DNA of 64,000 bases from Opitutales bacterium (GTDB taxonomy: Bacteria > Verrucomicrobiota > Verrucomicrobiia > Opitutales > UBA2987): NCBI GenBank assembly GCA_965226885.1, contig CBDDEL010000010.1:256001-320000 (forward strand). Reading direction: 5' to 3'. The translations under genes were made by a program, and so were the position numbers. The notes under the pieces were generated by a model that made no database searches, was not told where the DNA came from, and saw only the letters and a program-made list of their open reading frames with translations. Below, in pieces: positions 12,479 to 25,038 of this stretch (the stretch's first letter is position 1; every line of letters starts with the position of its first letter).

Positions 12479-12677
12479 GAGGCTGTCCCAAAAGGGTGAT
12501 TTTTGCGAGGGCTTTTGATAGGCGCTCATTTTAGAGGTATTTGCATTTGGGAGAGTATCAACTTTGCTCTCCTATGACGTTAGGATACTGGTTTTGGGGT
12601 CCGGTTGCCTGGTTTTCTTTGTATGAGCCGACAGTACGGCTGTGAAAAAGTATTGTCCTTGCTTTTCCGCTCTCTAA
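12479..12677 (-). mobile_element. IS5-like right-end fragment
   Basis: Matches 53079-53276; stops at the transposase stop codon where IS1380 copy 5 begins. Confidence 0.92.
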
Positions 12678-14244
12678 CCCGGATATTTCGTAAAAAAAGT
12701 ATCGTTGATATGCTTAACTGCTGATATACAGCAGGATAGATCAATAATTAAAGCAATATCAGCGATGACAAAAGGTAAACAATTAAAGCTACAGTTGACA
12801 AGGGTAAAAGGCCGCCGTGTGCGGGTTGATTTCAAGGGCGGAGAGGTTACTTCGGATGCCGGACTGCTTTTGATCCGGGAAGTGGATCGGCAGTTGGGCT
12901 TGACCGAACGAGCGGCCCGACAGTTAGTGGACAAACGGCAGAAGGGCAAAGTACGCCATGAGGTATTGGGGATGCTGCGGCAGCGCGTTTACGGGCTGGT
13001 GGCGGGCTATGAGGATTTGAACGACTTTGATACCCTGCGCCACGATCCATTGTTGCAAACGGTAACGGGGCGCATTGAAACGTTGGCCAGCGCGCCGACT
13101 TTGTGTCGTTTTGAAAACGGGCAGGATCGGCGGGCGGCCTTTGCGGTAAACGAGCTGTTGGTCGAACAGTTCATGGGCTCCTTTGCCGAGGAACCCGAAG
13201 AGATCATCCTGGACTTTGACGCCACCGACAATCCGGTGCACGGGCTCCAGGAGGGACGTTTTTTCCACGGTTATTATGATCATTACTGTTTTCTGCCGCT
13301 ATATGTTTTTTGCGGTGATCAGCTGCTGGTGGCCTACCTGCGGCCGAGCAAGATCGATGCCAGCAAGCATGCCGGGGCCATCCTCAAATTGCTGGTTAAA
13401 CGGATTCGCCAAAGCTGGCCCCGTAAGCGGATTATTTGGCGCGCCGACAGTGGATTTTGTCGAGACCGGATACTCTCTTGGTGCGACCGCAACGAAGTTA
13501 GTTACATCGTGGGGATGGCTCGCAATGCACGCTTGCAGCAAGACGCCCAGCAGTTGCAAAAGCAGGCCAAAGAATGGTTCGAACTAAGGGGTAAAAAACA
13601 ACGGTTATTCCAGGACTTCGTCTATGCTGCCGATTCGTGGCGATGGCTGCGGTTGGTCATCCATAAAGCCGAACACACCGCACAGGGGTCCAACCCGCGC
13701 TTCGTGGTGACGAACCTGCCGGGCGATCCCCAGGAGCTTTACGACAAGGTATACTGTGGCCGCGGTGAAATGGAGAACCGAATCAAGGAACAGATGCAAT
13801 TGTTCAGCGAGCGCACCAGCGCCCATCAATGGTGGGCCAATCAGTGGCGATTGCTCTTGTCGGCGCTGGCCTACACCTTGATGGAAGCCATGCGCCGGCT
13901 AGCCTTAAAAGGGACGAAGTGGGCGCGGGCCCAATGCCACACCCTGCGGCTCAAATTAATCAAGATCGGAGCGGTCATCGTGCGCAACACCCGAACGATT
14001 CACTTTCACCTAAGTGAGAGTTATCCTTGGGCCAGTCTTTTCAACCATGCGGCCCGCCGATTGGTGCCAACCTAAAGGGTGCATTGGTGCTGCCCCCGGC
14101 ACTACCGAACCAATGGGGGAAAGGGGGCAGTGTCTCTACACCCTGAAAAACACCTAAAAATCAAGACGATCTGCTCAAAATACAAAGAAATCCATCTCCA
14201 ATAGCAATAACGAGCCAAACTTTACCCTTCATGAAATATCCGGG
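12678..14244 (+). mobile_element. IS1380-family element copy 5 (intact transposase 12705-14075)
   Basis: Both IRs, 456-aa ORF. Confidence 0.95.
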
Positions 14245-15593
14245 CTAATACAACCCCCAGATCCTTGATCCGTTGGAGAATACGGTCGCTTACTATGCTG
14301 CAGTGTTCGATCCTGTGCCGATGATCTTCTCGCGGCGTTTTCTGCAAGGCTTTTTCGATGGCATTAAGCACCATATCGATTTCCCGGTCGCCATTGGAAT
14401 GAACGGCGATTTGAAAACCCGCTGCATGAATATCGCTGAACAATTCAGTTAGTTTTTCCTGCGACCGTGCAGGCGGTATTCCATAGTAATCCTTTTTGCC
14501 AGTTCTCGGATTTATCCTCTCGTAGGGTTCGTACAACCAACATGTGCGGCCGGATAATGAATTTCCATGGCGCACTTTAATCGGACCGATTTTTAGCCGG
14601 CTGTTTCCAAACTTCGTGTGAATGTTCAACTTTTTCAAATCGGGAAAATATTTTTCACGAATCATCATGTTGATGCGAAGCGGCATTCCTGCTTCGACCA
14701 ATTCCTGATATACACGGATTTTACCTGGATTAACGCCGGCATCGCCAATGCTGGTAATTCCTTTTCGCATGAACTCGTGGAAACAACGTTGATAACCCTC
14801 CAGTTCTTCTTTGCGGGAAGCTTCCGGCATGGGGGGGCCGCCATCTCGAACAAGCCCTCCGGCGCCTTCGCGGCAGATTCCATTCGGTTCCCCGCTATCA
14901 TCGCGATCGAATGCTCCACCAGGCGGATCCGGTGTATCCTGAGTGATGTTTGCCGCCCGCAAAGCGTACGAGTTTACGACGCTTAAATGACCGCTCGAAT
15001 GGCCAATCCAGATGGGATGATCGGTAGATGCCCGATCTAAATCCCAGCGGTTGGGACTTCGACCCAATTTAGTGCCCTGGTAACGACTTCCCCGAATCCA
15101 TTGTCCCTTCGGCGTTATTTCCGCTTTGGCTTTTAAGGCAGCAACAAGTCCCTCCATTGTTTTGACGGCGGCGGGTGACAAATCGACACTGCCTAACCTG
15201 TGCGTCCATAAGTATATCGACCTGGGATGAAGGTGGACATCGATGAAACCAGGTGTAATCGTTTTGCCTTCTGCCTCGATGACCGTAGTATTCTTGCCAA
15301 TCAGCGATCTAACGTCGCCATTCGTACCCACAGCGACAAATATTCCATCTCGAATCGCAAATGCTTCCGCTTGCGATTGGTCTTTATCAACCGTGATTAC
15401 ATTCGCATTGGTTACTACAAGATCAGCGAATAGCGGATCGCCATAAATGGGCATAGAATATATTCCCAGCATAATTATGGTTAAAACGTGGATCAGGATA
15501 CTTAAACTAGAATTCATAGTTTGTTTTGTTAATTTTTTAAATATTCGCTTTTTCGCCGTAGCGAGATCAATGGGGCCGTGGGCCACCTATTTA

Positions 15594-17410
15594 GAGGCTG
15601 TCCCAAAAATATAAAGATTTTATAGTCAACTGGATGACGTTGATAAAAAGAGCCGGAAAGAGCAAGTTTTTGCTCGATCCGGCCAAAAAAGGGTTCTATA
15701 ATTGAGTTAGCGAAAATCAATATAGCCCTTTCTATGAAAAATATAGCCATCCAATGCCTCCTGCGTCCAGCTTTAACTGTGGTCGACCGGTGCCTCGATT
15801 ACGATAACTTCCGCGCCACCATTGATCGAATCGATCGGCTGCTGATCGACTCGGAGGTGGAATCGCAGGCCATTGAGCTGGCCTTGGAGGGGTGGCCGCC
15901 AATGGGTCTAAAGGCCCGGCGGCAGCGGGCCAGTTTTGCCATCAAGGCACTGCGCATGGATACGCTGGGCCGTCTGCTCGGAGGGATTTCGTTTCGGCAT
16001 TTGTCGCGGGCTCTGGGCAGCAGCGATCTGTTGGCCGACTTTTGCCGTGTCCGGCAGATCGATGGCATCAGGGGCATCTCCAAAAGCACCCTGGAGCGGG
16101 CCTCGAAGTTTTTCAGCGAAGAGCAGTTGAGGGCCTTGCACCGGACCTTGACTGAGGTGGTGGGCGATGCCCTTCTGGCCCGGCAGGTGGGATTGGACAA
16201 GCCGATTGACACCACCATTTGCCTGATCGACGGCACCTGTTTGGAGGCTAACATTCATTGGCCGACGGACTGGGTATTACTCAAGGATGTAGCCGGCACG
16301 TTGCTCAAAGCGATCCGGCTGATCCGCGAGAAGGCCGGTTTGCGCCATCGCATGCCGATCGAACCGGAGCCCTTGGCTCGGCAGATGAATCGGCTGTGCA
16401 TACAAATGACCCACAGCCGGCGGCGAAAGGACAGCGCGCGGCAGCGCAAGGGTATCTTGAGGCAGATGAAAAAGCTGCTCAAACGGATCGGGGAGCATGC
16501 CCGCAGTCACCGGGAATTATTGCAAGCCTGCTGGGAGCAAAGCGATTACAGCGAAAAACAGGTCCAACAGATCCTCGCCCGGATGGAGCGCATGAGCGAG
16601 CAAATCCCGGTGGTCATCAAACAGGCGCACGAGCGGATCATTGGCCGCCGCCAGGTGAAAAACGCAGAGAAAGTCTTGAGTGTTTACGAACTCGATGGGC
16701 AGGTGATTGTGCGAGGTAAAGCGGGCCAAGAGGTCGAGTTCGGCAACACCCTGTTTTTGGGAGAAAGCGTTGAAGGGTACCTGCTGGACTGGAAACTCTA
16801 CGGCAGCCGAACTCCAAGCGAAAATGAACAAATGCAAGAGAGTTTGCAAAGACAGAACCGCTTCAACCTGGAAGAACCCATAGCGGCCATGTGCGCGGAC
16901 CGGGGATTTGCCTCCCAGCGGGCCCGCCGGCAGTTAGCCCAGGAGGGAATCTACGACGCGCTCTGTCCACGCGATCCGAAGCAGTTGAAAAAACGGATGG
17001 AGGAACCACTGTTCAGACAATTGCAAAAGCGCCGGGCCAGCACCGAAGGGCGGATCGGGGTATTGAAGAATCGCTGGCAGGCCGGGCGGTTGCGCAGCAA
17101 AGGCTTTGCCAACCGCTCGATCAGCGTAGCCTGGTCGGTACTCTCGCACAACCTATGGAAAGTAGCCAAGATGCTGGCCCAGCAAGACGAACTAAAAACC
17201 AAAGCGGCGGCCTAGAGAGCGGAAAAGCAAGGACAATACTTTTTCACAGCCGTACTGTCGGCTCATACAAAGAAAACCAGGCAACCGGACCCCAAAACCA
17301 GTATCCTAACGTCATAGGAGAGCAAAGTTGATACTCTCCCAAATGCAAATACCTCTAAAATGAGCGCCTATCAAAAGCCCTCGCAAAAATCACCCTTTTG
17401 GGACAGCCTC
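15594..17410 (+). mobile_element. IS5-like element copy B (intact transposase 15734-17215)
   Basis: 1817 bp, both IRs, 493-aa ORF. Confidence 0.95.
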
Positions 17411-17417
17411 TAGCTAG

Positions 17418-18984
17418 CCCGGATATTTCATGAAGGGTAAAGTTTGGCTCGTTATTGCTATTGGAGATGGATTTCTTTGTATTTTGAGCAGATCGTCTTG
17501 ATTTTTAGGTGTTTTTCAGGGTGTAGAGACACTGCCCCCTTTCCCCCATTGGTTCGGTAGTGCCGGGGGCAGCACCAATGCACCCTTTAGGTTGGCACCA
17601 ATCGGCGGGCCGCATGGTTGAAAAGACTGGCCCAAGGATAACTCTCACTTAGGTGAAAGTGAATCGTTCGGGTGTTGCGCACGATGACCGCTCCGATCTT
17701 GATTAATTTGAGCCGCAGGGTGTGGCATTGGGCCCGCGCCCACTTCGTCCCTTTTAAGGCTAACCGGCGCATGGCTTCCATCAAGGTGTAGGCCAGCGCC
17801 GACAAGAGCAATCGCCACTGATTGGCCCACCATTGATGGGCGCTGGTGCGCTCGCTGAACAATTGCATCTGTTCCTTGATTCGGTTCTCCATTTCACCGC
17901 GGCCACAGTATACCTTGTCGTAAAGCTCCTGGGGATCGCCCGGCAGGTTCGTCACCACGAAGCGCGGGTTGGACCCCTGTGCGGTGTGTTCGGCTTTATG
18001 GATGACCAACCGCAGCCATCGCCACGAATCGGCAGCATAGACGAAGTCCTGGAATAACCGTTGTTTTTTACCCCTTAGTTCGAACCATTCTTTGGCCTGC
18101 TTTTGCAACTGCTGGGCGTCTTGCTGCAAGCGTGCATTGCGAGCCATCCCCACGATGTAACTAACTTCGTTGCGGTCGCACCAAGAGAGTATCCGGTCTC
18201 GACAAAATCCACTGTCGGCGCGCCAAATAATCCGCGTACGGGGCCAGCTTTGGCGAATCCGTTTAACCAGCAATTTGAGGATGGCCCCGGCATGCTTGCT
18301 GGCATCGATCTTGCTCGGCCGCAGGTAGGCCACCAGCAGCTGATCACCGCAAAAAACATATAGCGGCAGAAAACAGTAATGATCATAATAACCGTGGAAA
18401 AAACGTCCCTCCTGGAGCCCGTGCACCGGATTGTCGGTGGCGTCAAAGTCCAGGATGATCTCTTCGGGTTCCTCGGCAAAGGAGCCCATGAACTGTTCGA
18501 CCAACAGCTCGTTTACCGCAAAGGCCGCCCGCCGATCCTGCCCGTTTTCAAAACGACACAAAGTCGGCGCGCTGGCCAACGTTTCAATGCGCCCCGTTAC
18601 CGTTTGCAACAATGGATCGTGGCGCAGGGTATCAAAGTCGTTCAAATCCTCATAGCCCGCCACCAGCCCGTAAACGCGCTGCCGCAGCATCCCCAATACC
18701 TCATGGCGTACTTTGCCCTTCTGCCGTTTGTCCACTAACTGTCGGGCCGCTCGTTCGGTCAAGCCCAACTGCCGATCCACTTCCCGGATCAAAAGCAGTC
18801 CGGCATCCGAAGTAACCTCTCCGCCCTTGAAATCAACCCGCACACGGCGGCCTTTTACCCTTGTCAACTGTAGCTTTAATTGTTTACCTTTTGTCATCGC
18901 TGATATTGCTTTAATTATTGATCTATCCTGCTGTATATCAGCAGTTAAGCATATCAACGATACTTTTTTTACGAAATATCCGGG
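17418..18984 (-). mobile_element. IS1380-family element copy 6 (intact transposase 17587-18957)
   Basis: Both IRs, CTAG duplicated. Confidence 0.95.
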
Positions 18985-20057
18985 CTAGGCCCATTGGGCG
19001 GGTCACCATGAGCAAAGACGGTCACAAATTCGCCGAAGCCATTGAATTTCTGGGTGGGGCCATAGTAGCCTGTCACGATGACATCGTTACTGCGGTCAAC
19101 GAATAAGCCGTGGGGCGCATTGAACTGACCGGGCAGGAGGCCTTCCGTGCCCCAGTCGCGGAGGGACTTGCCATGCTGGTCGTAAACATTGACCCGCATG
19201 TTGTCCACGTCCACCACGTAGAGATTTCGCGCCGTATCGTGGTCCATGCCGTGGGCGCGCAGGAGCATGCCGGGTAAACGGCCTTTCTCAGCGAAAATCT
19301 GCAGAAACTCCCCTTCATGGGTGAAGACCTGAATCCTCGGCCGGTCACCCTTGCTGTCGGAAACAAAAATGCGCCCTTCGACATCAATGGTTACTTCACG
19401 AGGGGCGGTAATTTCACCAGGGAGAGCCCCCGCGCCTTTACCCACGTTATTGATAAACACACCCTCTCGCGAATAACGGGGCACCTCGGAATTGCCCATA
19501 TCCGCAATCAGGATATTGCCCTCTTTATCCATGCCGATACCGTGGGGCGCGGAAAGGTGAGCGCCCTCTTCACCCGGTTTCTCTGCCCAAATATGAATGG
19601 ACTTATACGTGATGGGCGCAACGCCAATGATTACCGTGGCAAAGAGGTGTTGATTCGCCGCAGATGGAATGTGGGCCCCAATATGAATTTCACGGGGTGA
19701 CGGCATAACGGCAGGCGCTGTGTAAACGCCCATACCATCAATCGTGCCCCAAACGGCATTGCCGTCAGGCACATCGTTTACGGACCACTTTACCTCATCC
19801 GGCACTTCTGCCGCCATTAATCGGGTGGCCAACATGACAGATGTGAATTTTTGCTGCTCGCCCGGATTCAAATGGATCAAAGAGGGGCTGATCGTAGCCC
19901 GACGATAGCGGAGATCACTGTAATTGAGGGCGCTGCGTCCGATAGAATCAGTATAGGGTCCAACACTATAGGCAATGCCCCCCATTACGGTTAACAAGGT
20001 AAAAATAAGCGCCGCCGTGCGTGTGAATCTGTTTGTTGTCATACTGTTTATAGTCAT
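18985..20057 (-). pseudogene. N-terminal part of a secreted NHL-repeat (beta-propeller) protein
   Basis: Hydrophobic N-terminus, Ig-like segment, repeats PHGIGMDKEGNILIAD and GQFNAPHGLFVD; truncated by IS; start codon approximate. Confidence 0.85.
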
Positions 20058-20320
20058 GTCCTTATAATTGTGGCCATAATGAATTTCCGCAAGCGTCGCA
20101 AAAACAATTGATGAAAAATATTGCACGAAATCCGTTATTTAGCAAATAACCGAAATGGGTGTCGATGATATCACCTATGCGACTGGATGCCACTCCTTAA
20201 AGTCCATGGCAATCCATACATCGTCTGCGAACCGGGCCACCAACATTTCTACAACATTTTCGGGGTCCGATCCCTTCGCCCACGAACAATTAGTATGGCG
20301 CGGTATCACATGCTGATTCA

Positions 20321-20389
20321 GGCTAACGCTGAATTGAGCTATTTCGAGGTGCGCAAATCCTCGAAATTAGCACAAGTGTTTTGTTCGCC
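20321..20389 (-). other. Integron attC site
   Basis: Minus strand GGCGAAC...GTTAGCC starting one base after the ImmA stop; imperfect palindrome with TTTCGAGG/CCTCGAAA inner stem and unpaired bases. Confidence 0.72.
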
Positions 20390-20921
20390 TTTACTCTTGC
20401 CTAAATAATTCATGAATCTTTTTTGTGTCCTGGCTTCGGACATCATGCAAGAGGCCAAGTTCTTTTAATCTAATTTCAATTACTGTTTTGGACGCTCGAT
20501 ATATCTCCCGGAGTTTGATAGCAACCGCATGAAAATTCGAGATCGAGATATTGCAATTTTGATTGTCGAGATAAATAATCCCATAAAACTTCGTAAGGCC
20601 TAAGCTCGAAATGGCTTCGCTAAAGGCTTCTTTAACTGTCGATAGAGGTAGCAAAACGGAAGATGCAAACTTATTCGCCTGCCATTCCATCCAATCAGAT
20701 GGACCACGAGGTCTCGAAATTCGATCTTCAAGATTCTCATCAGTGTCATCTAGGATATTTTGAATTTTCACATTTCTATGATAGACTAGGTGACCCAACT
20801 CATGAATGAGAGTAAAATTCCATCTATCCGAAGATGGCTCAAGCGAGCTATCAACAAAAATCATCCTTGGGTTGAATCTGTATTTCCCGAGAATTTTCTT
20901 GCCGGATGCTGAAGTGCCTAG

Positions 20922-22488
20922 CCCGGATATTTCATGAAGGGTAAAGTTTGGCTCGTTATTGCTATTGGAGATGGATTTCTTTGTATTTTGAGCAGATCGT
21001 CTTGATTTTTAGGTGTTTTTCAGGGTGTAGAGACACTGCCCCCTTTCCCCCATTGGTTCGGTAGTGCCGGGGGCAGCACCAATGCACCCTTTAGGTTGGC
21101 ACCAATCGGCGGGCCGCATGGTTGAAAAGACTGGCCCAAGGATAACTCTCACTTAGGTGAAAGTGAATCGTTCGGGTGTTGCGCACGATGACCGCTCCGA
21201 TCTTGATTAATTTGAGCCGCAGGGTGTGGCATTGGGCCCGCGCCCACTTCGTCCCTTTTAAGGCTAACCGGCGCATGGCTTCCATCAAGGTGTAGGCCAG
21301 CGCCGACAAGAGCAATCGGCACTGATTGGCCCACCATTGATGGGCGCTGGTGCGCTCGCTGAACAATTGCATCTGTTCCTTGATTCGGTTCTCCATTTCA
21401 CCGCGGCCACAGTATACCTTGTCGTAAAGCTCCTGGGGATCGCCCGGCAGGTTCGTCACCACGAAGCGCGGGTTGGACCCCTGTGCGGTGTGTTCGGCTT
21501 TATGGATGACCAACCGCAGCCATCGCCACGAATCGGCAGCATAGACGAAGTCCTGGAATAACCGTTGTTTTTTACCCCTTAGTTCGAACCATTCTTTGGC
21601 CTGCTTTTGCAACTGCTGGGCGTCTTGCTGCAAGCGTGCATTGCGAGCCATCCCCACGATGTAACTAACTTCGTTGCGGTCGCACCAAGAGAGTATCCGG
21701 TCTCGACAAAATCCACTGTCGGCGCGCCAAATAATCCGCGTACGGGGCCAGCTTTGGCGAATCCGTTTAACCAGCAATTTGAGGATGGCCCCGGCATGCT
21801 TGCTGGCATCGATCTTGCTCGGCCGCAGGTAGGCCACCAGCAGCTGATCACCGCAAAAAACATATAGCGGCAGAAAACAGTAATGATCATAATAACCGTG
21901 GAAAAAACGTCCCTCCTGGAGCCCGTGCACCGGATTGTCGGTGGCGTCAAAGTCCAGGATGATCTCTTCGGGTTCCTCGGCAAAAGAGCCCATGAACTGT
22001 TCGACCAACAGCTCGTTTACCGCAAAGGCCGCCCGCCGATCCTGCCCGTTTTCAAAACGACACAAAGTCGGCGCGCTGGCCAACGTTTCAATGCGCCCCG
22101 TTACCGTTTGCAACAATGGATCGTGGCGCAGGGTATCAAAGTCGTTCAAATCCTCATAGCCCGCCACCAGCCCGTAAACGCGCTGCCGCAGCATCCCCAA
22201 TACCTCATGGCGTACTTTGCCCTTCTGCCGTTTGTCCACTAACTGTCGGGCCGCTCGTTCGGTCAAGCCCAACTGCCGATCCACTTCCCGGATCAAAAGC
22301 AGTCCGGCATCCGAAGTAACCTCTCCGCCCTTGAAATCAACCCGCACACGGCGGCCTTTTACCCTTGTCAACTGTAGCTTTAATTGTTTACCTTTTGTCA
22401 TCGCTGATATTGCTTTAATTATTGATCTATCCTGCTGTATATCAGCAGTTAAGCATATCAACGATACTTTTTTTACGAAATATCCGGG
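20922..22488 (-). mobile_element. IS1380-family element copy 7 (ORF 21091-22461)
   Basis: Both IRs, CTAG duplicated. Confidence 0.95.
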
Positions 22489-22689
22489 CTAGTTCCTGAT
22501 CAAAAATGAATGGTATTTTGTACCTTTCATTTATTTGTATTTGATTAGCTATTAGCTATTTGAAGAATCGGCGTACGTTGGGGAGAATCTAGGCACGACT
22601 CGTCGAAAAATCTTATGAACTCTTCGGCCTTATTTTCGATGTCATTTCTATTTACAACAGGAATGCCAAACTTATCTGTATCGTAATTT

Positions 22690-23491
22690 GGTAGTGTATT
22701 AAGTAGGAATGGTGCCTAATTCTTGATTATATTGATGAATGAAAAGTCTCAGACAGGTTTCATGCATACTCTTAAGCTTGGAAAAGGAGAGGGTTTTGCG
22801 TGTGAAACGACCCAGTCGTTGGCGCAGGGTATTGTTCCATCGTTCCACATGGGCCGTTTCACCGGTTTCTTTTCCCACGGATCGGTTATGAGGAAAGACT
22901 TCATCATAAGTGCTCCAAAAGTCGCTGTAGGTGGCACATCTTTTGTAGGCCCGTGGCAGACGCTCGTAAAGTTCCCGGCAACGATACCAATCCCGAGGCC
23001 CAATGGCATAGGAGAGGATTTGACGGGTGCGTCGGCAAAGAGCGATCCAAACCCATTGGGCATCGCTCTTGCGCCCCACAAAAGACCACAGTTCGTCCAG
23101 TTCAATGACATCATGGCGGCGGGCCGCAAGAATCGTGCTTTTGAGCGGTCGCAGCGATTGTCGTTTTTTTTAACCAACTCAAAACGGTGTTGGGACTCAC
23201 CCCGAAGGCGCGCTGTAAACCGCGTAGACTGCTGCGTTCCTGATAGACTCGAAGGATCATTTCTTTTTGCTCTTCGGTGTATTTCACTGTGGGGTTTTCG
23301 CGGCTTTGTTTACCACAATCATGGCAGCGGTAGCGCTGTTTATGGTTGGGCGTCTTGCCAAATCTAATGATATTTTCACTTCCACAGTGCCGCCAATTAA
23401 TAATTTTAGTAACCATGCACTAAGAATAAACTGCCTAACGCTATTTGTACAGCTAAAAATACAAAATAACATTCTTTTTTTATACACTACC
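22690..23491 (-). mobile_element. IS1-family element
   Basis: 802 bp, GGTAGTGTAT IRs, CGTAATTT duplicated; insA-like 23111-23416 and insB-like 22699-23079 with A8C slip site. Confidence 0.93.
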
Positions 23492-23647
23492 CGTAATTTG
23501 TAGTCATTCTAAAAATATGTGGGCTAACACATTGTAAGCAGCGGCTACACAGCATGAGATTAGGGACGATAAAATTTTTGCCGAAATTTGCAAGAAAGTT
23601 TGTAATTCTTTGGCTAAGAAGAGGATTTTTCAATTCTCAGTTTTTTT

Positions 23648-23825
23648 GTCGAGTTTTGAGAATATTGGTTGGGGTGGTTTCCGTAGGCACGTTTTATGAT
23701 GGAGGGAGGGTTGGATTGTTTTTCGTTGCAGGGTGGTGGAATGCAGTTAGATTCTGCCGCTTGTTGAATTGTTATTAAATGAGTGAGCAGAATTCAGAGA
23801 AAGAGAATGCGGCGGCTTCGCCGGA
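23648..23825 (+). repeat. Diverged partial duplicate of the leader and 5' end of the DUF4212 gene (about 25479-25695)
   Basis: Shared GAATGCAGTTAGATTCTGCCGCTTGTTGAATTG and AGAATTCAGAGAAAGARAATGCGGCGGCTTC. Confidence 0.85.
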
Positions 23826-23950
23826 TGCTGGGCCGGGGCGTCTCCCTTCGCCTTCTTTGACTCTTCCGCCCGCGCCAGCGAAACGGCGGCCATTACAGAC
23901 ATAAGGGCCGGTATTAACCATTTAATTCCGAAAAATGAGTTCAATTTCAT
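23747..23950 (-). pseudogene. Probable truncated secreted protein (signal peptide only)
   Basis: MKLNSFFGIKWLIPALMSVMAAVSLARA-EES signal-peptide pattern, then runs into the duplicated leader. Confidence 0.45.
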
Positions 23951-24170
23951 TAACAGCCAACAGATAATCTATAGGCGCAAATAGGCAAGAAGATATAAAA
24001 GAGACGGGCTCTAATTCAAATCGCTCCACCACAGCCGGAGAGGCCGCCGGTGTTGTTTTTATTTGCATCTTGGGTTGAAAACTGGAAATTGCGAAAATTC
24101 ACAGGTTCAAAGTGTTTTATGCCCCATAAAATATGAATTATGAACATTGAGTTCTTTTTACTTTTAGTCG

Positions 24171-24248
24171 GAACCGCCCGGTACGGACCCGTATGCCGGG
24201 TGGTGTGGGACCCGGGCTGGCTTAATCAGTCAGTCCCGGGGACCCGAT
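24171..24248 (+). ncRNA. Group IIC intron 3' remnant (domains V and VI)
   Basis: GAACCGCCCGGTACGGACCCGTATGCCGGGTGGTGT domain V with CGC triad, domain VI hairpin, terminal CCCGAT; no RT ORF upstream. Confidence 0.88.
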
Positions 24249-24275
24249 TAGGTTTTCCACATTCGAATAACCACC

Positions 24276-25016
24276 CTATCTAAGGACTTTGTTTAATGAA
24301 CGCTTTCTTGAAAATATTGAATTGAACCTATCGGAGGCGTAAGAAAAAGCTGTGATTGAAACACCAGTCTCTCCAATTTCAGAGAACCTGCCAGCCCAGA
24401 ATCGAGCGGCATTCGCCATATCACCAGGAGAAAGCAATTTGAATAAATAGGCTACTTCAAGGGCAAAACCGCTTATTAAAATGAGAATAAATGCTGTCTT
24501 GAAAAAAGCCGGTGGTAAAAAAAGCAAAAGCTGCACATCAATTTTATATCCATGTGTTCTCAAGTGAATAAGAACTAATCCAGCACAGCCAAATAATATC
24601 AACAACCAATGACGGCACCTCTGGAAATACCCGAGATTATGAAGCGTGATTTCGTTTTGAACATTTATTTGTTTAATGAAATCGGGGGTTGGTATATCAA
24701 AGAATCTCTGCCCCCAGCTAATTTCTTCAAATGCTAATAATAGTGTCAAAACAAAAAATACTATGAAGCCATTTGCTATTATTCTTTCTTTATAGAAAAT
24801 TCCATGACCGCGTACAATCCTTAAACAATAGAAGGCTGTAGCGAGTAGAAAAAAAAATTGAAACCATTGAATAACGTTATCTTCTCTAGTCAGATTTATC
24901 GCTACAGATCTGTTAAGCAATGCCAAGATCACCCATCCAATATTGATCGTAACTAATAGTCTAGTTACCAGAAAATTAATGACTTTCTGGGAAATGGTAT
25001 ATCGCAAATATGGCAT
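24276..25016 (-). CDS. Hypothetical multi-pass membrane protein (gene cassette)
   Basis: 246 aa, AT-rich, hydrophobic, EEISWGQR and QNEITLHN motifs; flanked by attC elements. Confidence 0.8.
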   Translation of the reverse strand: MPYLRYTISQKVINFLVTRLLVTINIGWVILALLNRSVAINLTREDNVIQWFQFFFLLATAFYCLRIVRGHGIFYKERIIANGFIVFFVLTLLLAFEEISWGQRFFDIPTPDFIKQINVQNEITLHNLGYFQRCRHWLLILFGCAGLVLIHLRTHGYKIDVQLLLFLPPAFFKTAFILILISGFALEVAYLFKLLSPGDMANAARFWAGRFSEIGETGVSITAFSYASDRFNSIFSRKRSLNKVLR

Positions 25017-25038
25017 GTCAATCAGACTCCCTCAGTAA

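Larger units (their letters stand above)
9666..15517 (-). pseudogene. Amidohydrolase family 3 (YtcJ-like) split by an IS1380 composite
   Basis: N-part has PGFIDVHLH and HRIEHCS; C-part has KGSITNGKLADFVML; joins as GVVLALHSYIYEHGDK across CTAA duplicated at 10085-10088 and 14245-14248. Confidence 0.9.
20391..23507 (-). pseudogene. ImmA/IrrE-family metallopeptidase, broken by IS1380, IS1 and small duplications
   Basis: FTLIHELGH and EWQANKFASSVLLP motifs; MTTNYDTDKFGIP... reconstructed across both IS target duplications. Confidence 0.85.
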
